Shown here: positions 36,301 to 48,784 of the stretch, piece after piece
Layout of the letters: every line of letters begins with the position of its first letter
How positions within the stretch are numbered: the stretch's first letter is position 1
Source of the DNA: Takakia lepidozioides
Lineage: Eukaryota > Plantae > Bryophyta
DNA: 64,000 bases
Direction: 5' to 3'
Assembly: GCA_030704615.1 (NCBI GenBank)
Contig: CM060732.1
Span: 27,528,001 to 27,592,000, forward strand
The notes under the pieces: generated by a model
What the model was told of the DNA's origin: nothing
The model's input: only the letters and a program-made list of their open reading frames with translations
Databases searched by the model: none
Translations under genes and position numbers: made by a program

Positions 36301-39114
36301 ACCCTTTCTCTTTGTCTTGATTCCAGACCTTATGACGCCATGATGGCTCCCCTTCTTCACTTGGACCATCCTGTGGCCTGACAACCAGATTACGCTATGC
36401 AATTCTTCCTCTCGAATTGGCCTGGTCCTATAACAAGGAGACACAAAGCAGCTAGAAGCTTAATGACAGAGAACCTGAGATACCATACAGCCAGAACTCC
36501 ACATGCTTTACCTCCCCCCCATTGATTGTGCCCAGACTCTCTTCCCTGTGCTTTCAGCAGCTGGCCTTTTCCTTGCTTGCTCATCTGCCCATAACTATCA
36601 TCTTCAAGGCACTGGCGGCAGTGGTGGTGCGCCGCTTTCCTTACATGCTTCTATCTCTTGGAATTGATCATCACTACGAGAGAGGCGGCACCGCTTCTTT
36701 CTACATAGAATACCAAGCAGAGGCGTCTTAATGCCGCTTCCCAAGCCAAGCAAGATCCCACCGCGCAGGTACAACCTCCTAACACAGGCTGCCCTACCGA
36801 CACCACTGCTTGCAACAGCCGCCACGAGCCATCCGTCATCTTCCTCTTCATGTTTCTCAACCCACGATCTTTTAGGTCAAGAACCAGTGATGAAAACGTT
36901 CATCGCATGGATGAAAATGTGTACCGTCATGACTTAGCCATTTTCTCCTGGCAAAGCATAAGTTCAGTGCGCTCATGAAATTACCTACATGAAGGGATAC
37001 ATCCTTTCTGCAGTTGGGATGACGGGCACTCCGTCATAGTGATGTAGGTCGTAATGGTAAACATATGTAATGTTCTCTCCCCTGCATTCACACTACAGGC
37101 TTACCGTCGTCATGAAAGCTCCCCGCTGTCTGTATCTGAAGTGCCAGAAAACCAACCAGTCCTCCAACTCCTTCAGGTGGATACCAGTAGCAGCACCAGA
37201 GGAGAACCACCAAGCCCGGATTGCTTGGTAAGTGCTCTCAGCTTCTCCCATTGAGGTGGCATTTTTGTACTTGAGACAGAGCCTTCTGTGCTCCAACTGA
37301 AGGTCAGGGCAAATGTAGCGCTTTGTATGACGTGCCAGAGATTGACTCCAATGGAAGAGGCATGTGCGCTCCCTATTTTCCATTGGGACCTTAGGATCCC
37401 CCGAACCAAACACGCGCCGCACCGCATTGAAATTTGCCTGTGCACTATCAGCCATGAAGCCCGCAAAATTTGTGTTCTGTACTCCATTGCGCTGCATGAC
37501 GGCCAGGAGCGAATTCCACATGAGCATCTGGGATTCAGTGTCCTCCGACTGCATATCACAAATTGCTATTGAGAGCACACGCTGGTACGCTGGATCATAC
37601 ACATGGCACGCCATGGTTGTCCAACCCTTCACCCGTTTGCAGTGATCAAACATCAACCAACATTTAGCCAAATCTCCTCCAGGTTGCATTCGGCGGACAA
37701 TGCTCACACCACTGCCTTCGCCCACTGCGGACATCTTGAACAAATATACCTTGGACGAGCCTTGGCCAGGGAAGATACTGTTTTGAATGAATTCATAGCG
37801 ACTTCTCCGTTTGAGGTCCATAATGTTGTCCATGAATCCAGCAGTGCTTGTGCCGACTCTGAGTGCATTCACCTGGTTTCGAATATTGGGAGAGCTCAAC
37901 ACGGAGAAATGGTCCATCACTACATCAAGCGAATCTGCATCCAGCATTGGTTGTGTCGAATCCCCTTCACCCAGTATGTGTTTTTCCAGGAAAGCCTTGC
38001 TAGCTGCAAGCGCTATAGCAGAAGGTGTTGCACAAGGGGCATTGTGGAACTCTTGCTTCAGCAGATTTCTAGCGATGTCCACGCTATCCCTGCAACTTCC
38101 TTTGGACACAGGATGATCGTGTGCACCCATATGAATGCAGGCACGAGCCATTGTCTTGCATCGGTGTGCCACCTGGTACATACGAGCGTGGCACACAGAA
38201 ACACATGACGGGGAAAGTTTGCAGAATCTGCACACAAAAGTATTGGTCTTGGGAGGGGCAAGTCCTGGGGTGAAAGGATTCAGGGGCACACCTTCCCACT
38301 CACTTTCGTTTGGTTGAGCGTTGTTTCTCAGGCGAGGGCAAGAAATATTCAGGCACTTGCAATGCCCAACGCAAACCGACCTTCGAAATTTCAATCCAAT
38401 GTCGTTGTGGTTGTTCCTGCACCAAGGGTGTCCGTCATGTTTCTTGTCCATGCCCTGCAGAAGCCCAGCCAGTCCATTGGAAGATGTGGGAGGGTTGAGC
38501 TCAAACAAGATGTCCCCATCAAACTCTGTTGGCACGTATTGAACCCGCTGCACACGAAGGGACTCCCAATCAACAAAACGCAGCTCGCTCTTGCACCCAG
38601 GCACCCCTGCGAGGGTTTTCAATTTTGGAATGACACTCGTTATCTCTTGCAATTCGGATTCATCCAAGAATGGAGTCTGCACTGGCGGAGGAATCTCAGA
38701 AACATCCTCCGAGGACGAGTCTGAAAGAGTCACGAATGTAGTGGATGTGCTCACCTCTTGTTTCACATGAACTGTGCCCTTTTGCTGCACGACCGATGCT
38801 GCAGTTCCAGGGGTAGTGACTGATCCTGCTGATTGTCTTCTCTCTTTTCCAAGGACACGGTATGGGCCTGAAAGGACTCTCCACTTCCTTCCACACTCGC
38901 CAACCAATGGTTTCTCCAAATGTCCAGAATCCAAATTCCCATCCTCATCATACACCTCTTTTTGAACAAACAGAGAACCCAATTCCAGTGGGAACACTGT
39001 AACCAGCTCATCCTCATGAACAACTGCAAACCCATCGTCGTCTGCAGTGGCAGTCAGTGGAAGACTACCTGCATTGGAATGAAATCGGGCTAGTCTATCT
39101 TGCTCCCTGGACAT
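33384..39114 (-). pseudogene. MULE-type transposase: exon 39114-37105, intron 37104-34796, exon 34795-33384 (one frameshift at ~34590)
   Basis: Cys/His GCM-WRKY-like region (CVGHCKC..C..CRFC..HMGAHDHP); catalytic-like FDHCKRV, FMADS, CLFHW and NLAETVH; C-terminal SWIM CTCPDF..CKH. Phase-0 splice ATGACGACG|gtaag...tgcag|GACATG. Confidence 0.8.
34923..37097 (-). mobile_element. Solo LTR (2175 bp) in the transposase intron
   Basis: Termini TGTAGTGTGAA...TTCACACTACA with a 4-bp TSD GGCT on both sides. 36869-37097 is identical by eye to 55187-55415, which adjoins a PPT and integrase. Confidence 0.85.
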
Positions 39115-40078
39115 GTTTTCCTACGCTGAACGAAAGTTTCGATTCACAACGGAATCCCCGAACTGATAGCCCACAATTCTCGAAAGGGGATCCACCACAA
39201 AAAAATTGAGGTCAACAAGGGTAGCACTAACCCAAAGGCTGCGGGCGATGCATCAAAAGGATGTAGGAATGACATGCACTGAACTTCGCAGACAACCACG
39301 CTGAGAGACACCAACTAGAAAAACTGTTTTCAAATACAAGAAGCCACAAGAAGTCGTGCTGTTTTTGGATGAAAAACAAACCCTGAACATGACATGAAAC
39401 CATCCTTTATGGAAAGACGGCAACAACCCTGGAGAGCAGTTCACAGGAAGACCCCGAATGTAATGAGGTTGTGCCGTGCCAAAAGAGCACAGCACAAACA
39501 TTGACACTCCAAGAGTCACCTCGCACGGATGTGTGCAACACAAGATCATTTCCGACACAACCCTTTATACCAAATGACCCCATGGCGACGATGACGGCAA
39601 AATGCAAAGCACAGGGCAGGCAGTACGACACACGTGGATGCATATGTGAAGCACAACATTTATGGCGAATCTGCAAGAACTGCTCCAAATTGAACTAGCA
39701 TTAGATTTCTACGGCACTTCCGAACTTGAAACAATGCAAGAAGGCCGCCATGTATTGGCAGGCGTCGAAGTACATCTGACATATATCACAAGTATATGCA
39801 ACAGATGTACATATTTTCTAGCACTTTATTTCTTGAATAATACAAAGACGCCGAAATGGATGAATTCCGTTCGCACACAATAACAACACCCGCATCCAAA
39901 TACGGTTGACAATGTCCAATTTTGATTTTGGTTACATGCAATAGCAACCCTTGTTGCAAACGTCAAACTGGAGAGCTCTAGAGGCATCGTGGGGAGCCTT
40001 TGTTTCCAGCGGAGGAGGAAGAGAAGGAAGTCATTGTACTTCACGAGCTCTAGAAACAGGAATAGAGTCAGATATAGA

Positions 40079-43044
40079 ATGAGGATGGAAAGAGTGGCCG
40101 AAGAGGAAAAGGCGGAAGAAGAGGGCAAAGAGGAAAGTTTGGCGATGGAAGAGCAGGAATCCGGAGAAGAACAGCAGTCTGCCATAGTTCCAAGAACAGA
40201 TGAGGAGGACACTACATCCGAGGGAGAGGCAGACGCCGAAGATGATGTTGACGCTGGCCTCACAAAGAACCTAATAGTGGAAGAGAGGATGGGGGAGATG
40301 CTCCAGAACATGCGAGGCGTGGAGAGCAGTCCGAAGCGCAAAGGGTCCCCGACGATTGGGGAGTCTTCTGGAGCAGCCAAAAAAAAGGTACAATCTTTGA
40401 AACCCACCTTTGTGCTTCATTGCTGATGTGAACCCAAGTTGAGATTCTATTTCGATATGAACATAGTCTACACACGGCATCTCTGCCAGGTTGCATCAAC
40501 CGCGAACAAGAAGCTCAAACAGTGTGCGTTGACGCACACTGTTTGAGCCTTCCATTTTGCTGGCTTGTTGATGTGCGAAACGGCCAAATTGGGGAACTAG
40601 GGCAGGTTCAATCCACCACGAATTGGAAGCTAAAACAGTGTGCGTTGACGCACACTGTTTGAGCCCCGCATTTTACTTGGTTGATGGTGTGCAAAATGGC
40701 CAGATAGGGCCACTATGCCCGGTTCAATCCTCCACTATTTGGAAGCTCAAACAGTGTGCGTTGGCGCACCAACGCACACTGTTTGAGCCCACCTTCTCAT
40801 TGATTTTTCATCTGAAAAACGGCCACAAATGGCATGTATTTGAGGATCAATCATCACTTACATGGCAGCTCAAACAGTGTGCGTCAACGCACACTGTTTG
40901 AGCTCACCTTGTCATTGCCTTTGTCATCTGAAAATCGGCCACATAGGGTATGAATTTGAGGATCAATCATCACTTACCTGGCAGCTCAAACAGTGTGCGT
41001 TGGCGCACACTGTTTGAGCTAACCTTATCATTGCCTTTTTTGTTTGAAAATCGGCCACATAGGGCATGTCTCTGAGGATCAATGAACACTTATCTGGCAG
41101 CTCAAACAGTGTGCGTTGGCGCACACTGTTTGAGCCCACATTCTCATTGTTTTTTTCTTCTCGGAATGGGCCACAAAGGGCATGTATTTGATGATCAATG
41201 AACACTTACCTGGCAGCTCAAACAGTGTGCGTCAACGCACGCTGTTTGAGCTCACCTTCTCATTATTTTAACATCTGAGAAATGGCCACAAAGGGCATGT
41301 ATTTGAGGATCAATCATCACATTCCTGGCAGCTCAAACAGTGTGCGTCAACGCACACTGTTTGAGCTCACCTTGTCATTGCCTTTGTCATCTGAAAATCG
41401 GCCACATAGGGTATGTATTTGAGGATCAATCATCACTTACCTGGTAGCTCAAACAGTGTGCGTCATCGCACACTGTTTGAGCCCACCTTGTCACTGTTTT
41501 TTCCCTGTGAAATTCGGCAATACAGGGCATGTCTCTGAGGTTCACTGAACACTTACCTGGCAGCTCAAACAGTGTGCGTCAACGCACACTGTTTGAGCTC
41601 ACCTTTTCTTTGTTTTTTTCATCTGAAAATCGGCCACTAAGGGCTTCTCTTTGAGGTTCAATGAACACTTACCTTGCAGCTCAAACAGTGTGCGTCAACG
41701 CACACTGTTTGAGCTCACCTTTTCTTCCACACATGGCCTGTCTGCCATGCTCAAACACCATCGTCTCATGCCTCTCTCTTATATCAATTTGAATGAACAA
41801 CCCTGGAGGAGAAGATGCAAATTGTGGCGGAGGAGATCCCTTCGGGGCTGGGGAAGGAGATCATTGTTGATGTTGACGATGAGTTCTATGAAAGCAAAGC
41901 CGCTGAGATGTTGGGGGGTCAGAAGGTAAACTCTCAGCTTGTGGTGCAAAGTATGCTTGCCCCGGGTGGGAGGTTGAAGATTCCCCTGTGTAGGATGGTT
42001 TCCATGCCCGTCGTTTGTCCACCCCTCATCAAGGACATTCTCAAGCTGGAGGCCGAGTTTGTTCATGGGTATTTGGATGGATCCGCAGTGTTTTACGTTT
42101 GTACTAGGGATTCCAAAGGCAATGAGCTCCTTGTGGTTGGGTCAATCATGGACTCCTGGGATCCTATTTGGAGACAGGTGAACGAATCCTTTGAACTTCT
42201 TATCTCCAGGAAACCTTCCACCCAGGCATTCTCGGGGAAGATGTTTCACGTTTGGGATGGGAACCACCGGTTGCTTGCATGGATGGCTGTCATTGGGAGG
42301 CTGCACTCACAGGAGGAAGAGTGGCATTACTTTGTTCGATCGATGGTGCTGGATTGTGAGGGGAACATGATGGGTCTTCTGACGGCAATGAATGATGTGA
42401 ACAGGTTGGTTTCTCATTCTACATGTTCCACTTGTAGTTCCGTGGTTCTTTGATTAAAGTCCTTGAATTTCATTCTGACTTTCAGATATCATTCTGCAGA
42501 GGAACGGAGACATCGCATGTCAAAACGAGTCTGGTTCACACACTGTATAGGATACAAAGGATCGGGCAGATGCCCTTGACCAACTTCAAGACCATCCTTT
42601 CAGCAGAGACGTACAAGAAGTGCGAAAGCTCCAAGACATTGGAAACGTACTCGTTGACACGTGAGGCTTTCATGGAGTACATGTACATGGTGAGATACAT
42701 CTTCCTTCATCTGCCCTTTCCATATTCCTGCTTCCACATGTTTGTTTCTGTTTGTTTCCTTTGCCCTTGGGTGGATGCAACTCTCGTGCATTCCCTTGCA
42801 GCAAGACATTGCAGATGCAGGGGAGCGTGGCAAACTGGAATACTACAGGTCAACCCCTGAGGAGAGAAGGACAGCAAAGGGGGTTGAGGGTCACATCCAG
42901 AAACAGATGACCGCTACAAGAAGGACTATAATGAGTGCTTTTGTGAAGTAGTTGAGAATTGCCGACCCATCATTCGGATCGCAGTTTCTCCTGGAGATAA
43001 AAAACCATTATAACAAGCCAGGCAAGCCAGAGATGGCCCAGGAG
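40079..43044 (+). pseudogene. Spliced accessory gene with acidic/NLS first exon and a ParB/Sulfiredoxin-like domain
   Basis: Putative exons 40079-40387, ~41800-42404, 42500-42689 and 42802-43044. Exons 2-4 join in phase at GT-AG sites; the exon 2 acceptor is uncertain. IPLCRM...FHVWDGNHRLLAW with DGNHR at 42256-42270. One in-frame TAG at 42949; cut by an LTR. Confidence 0.7.
40513..41714. repeat. Tandem array: 11 units of ~116 bp, each with a 36-bp palindrome GCTCAAACAGTGTGCGT-nn-ACGCACACTGTTTGAGC
   Basis: Palindrome starts at 40513, 40629, 40745, 40868, 40984, 41100, 41216, 41331, 41447, 41563 and 41679. Confidence 0.97.
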
Positions 43045-44064
43045 TGTTAGAGGACTGTCTGGGACTTAGGCACTTTTACGGGATCTGTGGGGTACCCTTA
43101 ATTTTTGCACAGACTGAGACCAACAGGAGCCTTAGGGGTGACAGCAGCGCACTTTAGGGGGGGGATACACAGCCCGTCACAGCCAACACAGCCCGTCACA
43201 GTCTGACACAGTCCGTCACAGTCCATCACAGCCCATCACAGTCCGACACAACCGACACAGCCGCCACAGCCAGACACAGCCCGTCACAGTCCGACACAGC
43301 CGACACAGCCGCCACAGCCAGACACAACCGTCACAACCAGTCACAGCTCGACACAGCCCAACACAGTCGCACAGCCAGTCACAGTTTCACACAGCCAGTC
43401 ACAGCTTGACACAGCTGTCACGACTATAGGGAACGGATAGCAGGACAGGGAACGACTATGGGGAACAACATCTGCGAATGGAACATGTTAGTTCACAGAT
43501 GACGGTTAGTGAGGGAACGGTTAGAACAACGGGTAGGAAGATAAAGCCAGGAGCAAGGACTGGAGAAGGATCACTCCTTGGGGGACTTCGGACATCACTG
43601 GGGGGAAATGAGGCAGAGAGCGCATCTCTGAGCAGAAAGAGGGAGAGCATGGAGTAGGAGGAGAACGATCTGTTGATGCTTGATGAATGCAAGCAGTAGA
43701 GTTGTAATGTAGAGCAGATTAGAGACTCCATGGCTTCAGCCTGATACTTGATAGATATTAATCTGATACATACTTCATACTCACACTGTGTAGAGAGATC
43801 TGAGTGAAGCTGTGGAATGAATGGATGAGTTGATGGAATCCGATAGATTGCTGAAGCAAACTGATACTTAAATACCAACAGTAAGGTAACTAGCTAACAT
43901 GAATGCGGGAAGGAAAACAAATAGGAAACACCCCCATGATACACTAGCTGTAGGTCATGACTGATTGTTCTGAGCGGGCTGAGTGCTTAGAGATTTCCAA
44001 CTCTTCTATCTTGGAGTTCCCGCCTCGGATAGCGAAGGGATGGGTGAGTAAAAGCCGCGCGACA
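43045..44064 (+). repeat. 5' LTR (TGTTAG...GCGACA) with internal ACAGC(C/T)-rich 10-bp tandem repeats
   Basis: Direct repeat of 54124-55181, followed by the PBS. Confidence 0.92.
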
Positions 44065-44066
44065 TT

Positions 44067-44084
44067 TGGCGACCATACTGGGGA
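44067..44084 (+). promoter_or_regulatory. Primer-binding site (probably tRNA-Arg type)
   Basis: TGGCGACC... 2 nt after the LTR terminal CA. The tRNA identity is inferred. Confidence 0.7.
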
Positions 44085-44673
44085 ACTGGGTCATGAACAA
44101 CCAGATGTGACAGGCATCTGGTGGGATCATGGTGGTTGGAGAATTAAAGAATTTGATGTGAATCAAATTCCTTGTGAAACTGAGAAGGAAAGATTGTCCA
44201 AACGATTCTTTCAGAGGTTCTTGGAATTGCCAGATGGTTGTAAAGAAAACATTCTTAAGAGAGTGCATGATGCTGATCCTGAGTGGGGTATGGAGAAATG
44301 AGTGATAAAGATTTATTAGGTGGCCTGTAGAGGAAGAGCACGTTGGTTACCAACACTGGTTTATATGATAGCATTGTTATCCATTAAGCGAGTAGAGTTT
44401 GAAGGCTGGGAAGAAGGAAAGGTGAATGTTTATACTCATATGCATGAAGAGCTTGTATTGGTAAAGAATTGGATTCCAAAGGATATTCTGTGGATCAAAC
44501 TCACACCAAGAACAGCTTTCCAGACTTGTTTGCCATATGGTTATATGGTAACAGAGACTTCTAGTATAGCCAAGGGTGCATTGAAGCTTGAAAGAAACCC
44601 AGGCATATACGAGAGATATTACAGAAGAGAGTTATGGTTATTGCCACATTAAGAGAAATGAAAGACATGGGAC

Positions 44674-47290
44674 ATGAGTGATGAAAGAGAAGCTAGACGC
44701 CAGAGATATTCAGCAAAAAGAGAAAGCTATCTGAAAGCTAATTATCCATATCTTTGGGAGAGAAGAATAGACATAGGGGAATCATCTGGACCTCTCACAC
44801 CATTAAGATCAGAGAGTACATCACCCATACCGGAAGAACTAGAGTTGGATGCCACTCCTTCTTTTTCTTTGCAAGAAAGATTAAGGGAATTGGTACGGGA
44901 AGAAGATCAATCACGAGGTGAAAGATCTGAGGTACATCCCTGGATAAAAGATTTGACAGAAATCTTTGATAAGAGTTGGCATGGAACACCAAAAGCAGGA
45001 ACTCCAGTTTCTGAAGCGGAAGGTGAAGAAGGAGGAGAGGATGTGGCAGAGCCAACGGAGAGTTTAGACTCTCCAACACCATTGCAGTTGAGTTACATGA
45101 GTGAAGAAGAAACCCAAGGGCAAAACTTGGAGGATGAAAATAGAGAGAAGAAATTGGAAGAGGAAGAGTATGAAGAAGTAGACCCAACAGCTGAGGTTGA
45201 GACTACAACCAGGACATCCCAACCCGTTGGACCTGGATCAAGTGGAGCACTTGGATCACAGGCCAACGAAGGTGTCGGCTCAGGGGGATCAGGCGGGCTG
45301 CCTGGATCTGGCTCTAGGGGGACAGGGAGTGTGGGAAGTAGTGCAACTGGGGCTGGGAATATTGTGAATATCGTGGGGCCAATAGCAGGGAGTGCTCAGG
45401 GGCCACCACTTGGTGGAAGATACACCACAACTACAACAGGTCTTGAAGGACCAGCACCAGCAAGGGTGCTAGCACCTGTCAGTGGGCAGAAGGTAGGGCC
45501 ACAGATGGCGTTACAACCAACACGGGCAAAACCACCTTTTCCGATATATTCAGGAAAAGGGGATCCCGATGTACACATTAGCCAATTTGAGCACATGTGT
45601 ATAGTGAACAATGAGAATGGCGATGATGCTAAGAGGAGATTGTTTCCTTGTTCACTTATCAAGAAAGCAAGTGAATGGTATGCAAGATTCCCTGATAATC
45701 ATTTCCTAACCTGGAATGGCTTGAATACACCATTCCGAAATAGGTTCAGGACAAGTAAAACTGAGGATGAAGTGTATGGAAGTTTACAACAGTTAAAGCA
45801 AAAGAAGCATGAAACTATTGAGGAGTATATGGAAAAGATGGAATTGATGATGAAAAAGCTGGCTGTTGTACCAGCACCAGGTTTACAGAAGACTTGGTTT
45901 GTGAGTGGATTAAGACCAGAGTTGTAGAAGAAAGTGGATATGTTACCCCATAATACAGTGGAGGAGGCATTTGAAACAACAAACAGAATTGAGCAATTCA
46001 GGAGAGAGAAAAGGGATGATGAGGACTCTGAATATGAGTCAGATGAAGAAGAAGAGCATAAACTGAAAAGGAAGAGTAAGAGAAAGGAGAAGTTGAAGAG
46101 GGATAACTATGAGAAAAGATTAGAAGAAATCTTGAAGAAGTATGCCACAGAGGCTGCAACACATTGGAGAAAGGGTGTATGGTGTGCAAAGTGCCAGAAT
46201 GAAGGCCATACCACCACTGAATGCCACATGAAGGAGAAACATTGTACTATCTGTAAAATGGATAACCATTCTACTGAGAATTGTTACTACAACAGAAGGA
46301 CAGCTGCAAGAGAACCTAGGCAAGTAAGGGTGCATCAGGTGCAGCCCCAGCCAAGAAGAAACAATGATCAGGACCACTATGGTAGGTCTGGTGGTTATAA
46401 CAATGGCATGGAAGGGAGAGGTAATTCAAGAGGGAATTACCAAGGAAATTCCAGAGGCAACTATCAGGGTAATCCAAAGGGGAATTACCAGCCCGGGAAT
46501 CAGGATTACAGAAATAATCCAAGAGTAGACCAAGGGCGAGGACCCAATGGTGAAGAACTATGTTACTATTGTAATCAGCCAGGACATCGCAAGGCAGCCT
46601 GTTCATTCTGGATTAGACACCAGAATGAGATGAGAGCTCCTGTGAATGAGGGCCCAGTGGTGGCAGCTCACATGGTTAGGCCATGTGTTGTACCAGAAGT
46701 AAGTACAATGATAGTAACAAGAAGTAAAGCCAAACTAATACCTCCAGTAGAAGAGGAAGAAGATGAGACTGGAAGTGGCAATGATATGCCTGAAGATGAA
46801 GAGACTTGGAAAGATGAGAAGGAACTGCACAAGGAAGTGGCAGATACCATAAGGGAAATGCAGAAGAGTACTGATATTCCTGTGGCAGATTCCTCTGATT
46901 CTGATGGAGAAGAAGAAGTGAGTGAGGATGAAAGGAAGAAAGAAGATGCAGACATGCAAAGTAATGAAGGGACTTTGGCTGAAGTAATATGCCAGACCAA
47001 AGTAGAGATTACCATTGGACAGCTATTGGCTGTGGCACCTTATTGGAGACACAGGCTGTATCAAGCAATCAATCGAATTGCCCAGGAGACAGGAAACACA
47101 GACCTGAACAGCAAGGTGACCAGTTATAATGTGAAGCCGGAAGGGCGAGAAACAGTCATGGACTTTGATGATTCTATGCCAGTAATACAATTGAGAATTG
47201 GAAGCACAGAACTAACTGATGTACTGATAGGATGGAGGCTCTGGAGTAAATATCATGACAGACCAATTAAGAAAGAAGCTTGGTCTAAGT
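44674..47290 (+). pseudogene. gag: gag with three CCHC knuckles and a truncated aspartic protease
   Basis: YSGKGDPDVHI, ASEWY, LKQKKHETIEEY, FVSGLRP; knuckles CAKCQNEGH..C, CTICKMDNH..C and CYYCNQPGH..C; frameshifted VLI-DGGSGVNIM. Stop at 45925. Confidence 0.9.
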
Positions 47291-47314
47291 GAAGGTAGGA
47301 GCTGATTTGGATGG

Positions 47315-48784
47315 CTTCATGGATGGCTTCAGTGGTTATAATCAAGTGCAAGTGGCAGAAGAAGACCAGGGAAAGACAGCTTTCATCACAGACTGGGGTG
47401 CTTATGCATACAAAGTCATGTTTTTTGGACTTTGTAATGCACCAGCAACCTTTCAGAGAGTGATAAGTGAATCTTTTCATGAGTATCTGGATGATTTCAT
47501 GCAGGTGTTCTTGGATGATTTCAGTGTGTACAGCGCTAAGAATGAGCACTTACATAAATTGGAGTTATGTCTAGCCAGATGCAGGATGAGAGGTCTGGGC
47601 CTGAATCCAGAGAAGTGTACTTTCTGTGTAAACTCAGGGGTGCTTTTGGGACACATTGTGTGTAAGAGGGGACTTCTTGTGGATCCCAGGAAGACAGAGG
47701 CCATTAAAGCCTCTCCACCACCAGTAAATGTTAAGAGTCTAAGGAGATTCCTTGGACAAACCAGTTATAAAGGTATGCACAGATAGCAGCACCATTGAGC
47801 AAGCTTCTGAAGAAAGATGCAGTGTTTGCATGGACAGCTGAATGTCAACAGGCTTTTGAGGAACTTACATTGTCAGTAACAACTACACCTGTGCTGATTA
47901 ACCCTCACTGGCATGTAGTATTTCATGTTCACTGTGATGCCTCAAGAGAAGCGTTGGGAGCGGTGTTAGCCCAAAATGTTACAGGAAATATAGATTCACC
48001 TGTGTACTATGCTAGCAGGTTAATGAACAGTGCTGAAAGGAACTATAGCACAACTGAAAGAGAAGCACTAGCAATGATTTATGTAGTCAAGAAATGGCAT
48101 TACCTATTGGGAAGAAAGTTTATGTTTTATGTGGATCACCAGGCTCTAATATATCTGGTGAACAAACCTTTGATAAGTGGAAGGATAGCAAGGTGGTTAA
48201 TAATCTTGCACGAGTTTGAGTTCGAAGTTGTTTACAAGCCTGGCCGTTTGCATCTTGTCGCAGATCATTTGTCACGCCTAACAACAGGAGAGCCCACCAC
48301 AGGAGTAGACGACCAATTGCCTGATGCGAGTTTATTTGCAATGGAGGTGTAAGGAAGTGCAGATGAATGGTTAGATTGGCAGTGGCCAATCAGATACTAC
48401 CTTACTCATGGTCAATGCCCACCTAGTTATGGAAAGGAGCAGAGGAAGAGAATCGCTATCAAGGCTCTACCTTATACTATGGTAGGGAGTAGAATGTATA
48501 AGCTAGGACCAGATGGAGTGCCGAAGCGATGCTTATACCACCATGAACATGCAGGTTACTGGTGGCCTACTTTGTTCAAAGATGTACACAAGTATTGTCA
48601 GAGTTGTGATGAATGTCAGAGGCTAGGACCTTTGCAGAGATTTGGAAAGATGGCTTTGCATCCTACAATGCCTACGGAACCATTTCAGAAATGGGGACTA
48701 GACTTTGTTGGACCAATTAACCCTCCGGCCAAGAACACATAGAACAAGTATATAATTACAGCCACTGATTATACTACGAAGTGG
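47315..48784 (+). pseudogene. pol: pol: RT (N-terminus deleted), RNase H, integrase N-terminus
   Basis: FMDGFSGYNQ, FLDDF, HCDAS, YWWPTL..CQSCDECQ and WGLDFVGP, with frameshifts and deletions. Confidence 0.92.

Larger units (their letters stand above)
33001..43044. mobile_element. Mutator-like (MULE) DNA transposon with GCM-like/DDE/SWIM transposase and a divergent accessory gene; right part lost
   Basis: Begins where the LINE frame is broken and carries two divergent spliced genes plus an internal palindrome array. Interrupted by a Gypsy LTR at 43045. Confidence 0.7.

Noticed and set aside
40513-41714. CRISPR array (36-bp palindromic repeats at regular spacing)
   Set aside because: Spacers are ~80 bp and homologous to each other, there are no cas genes, and the context is eukaryotic with introns.
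43456-43878. Duplicated antisense ORF (also 54650-55036), and duplicated ORFs in the chromovirus LTRs
   Set aside because: Duplicated only because they lie within LTRs; no recognisable domain.
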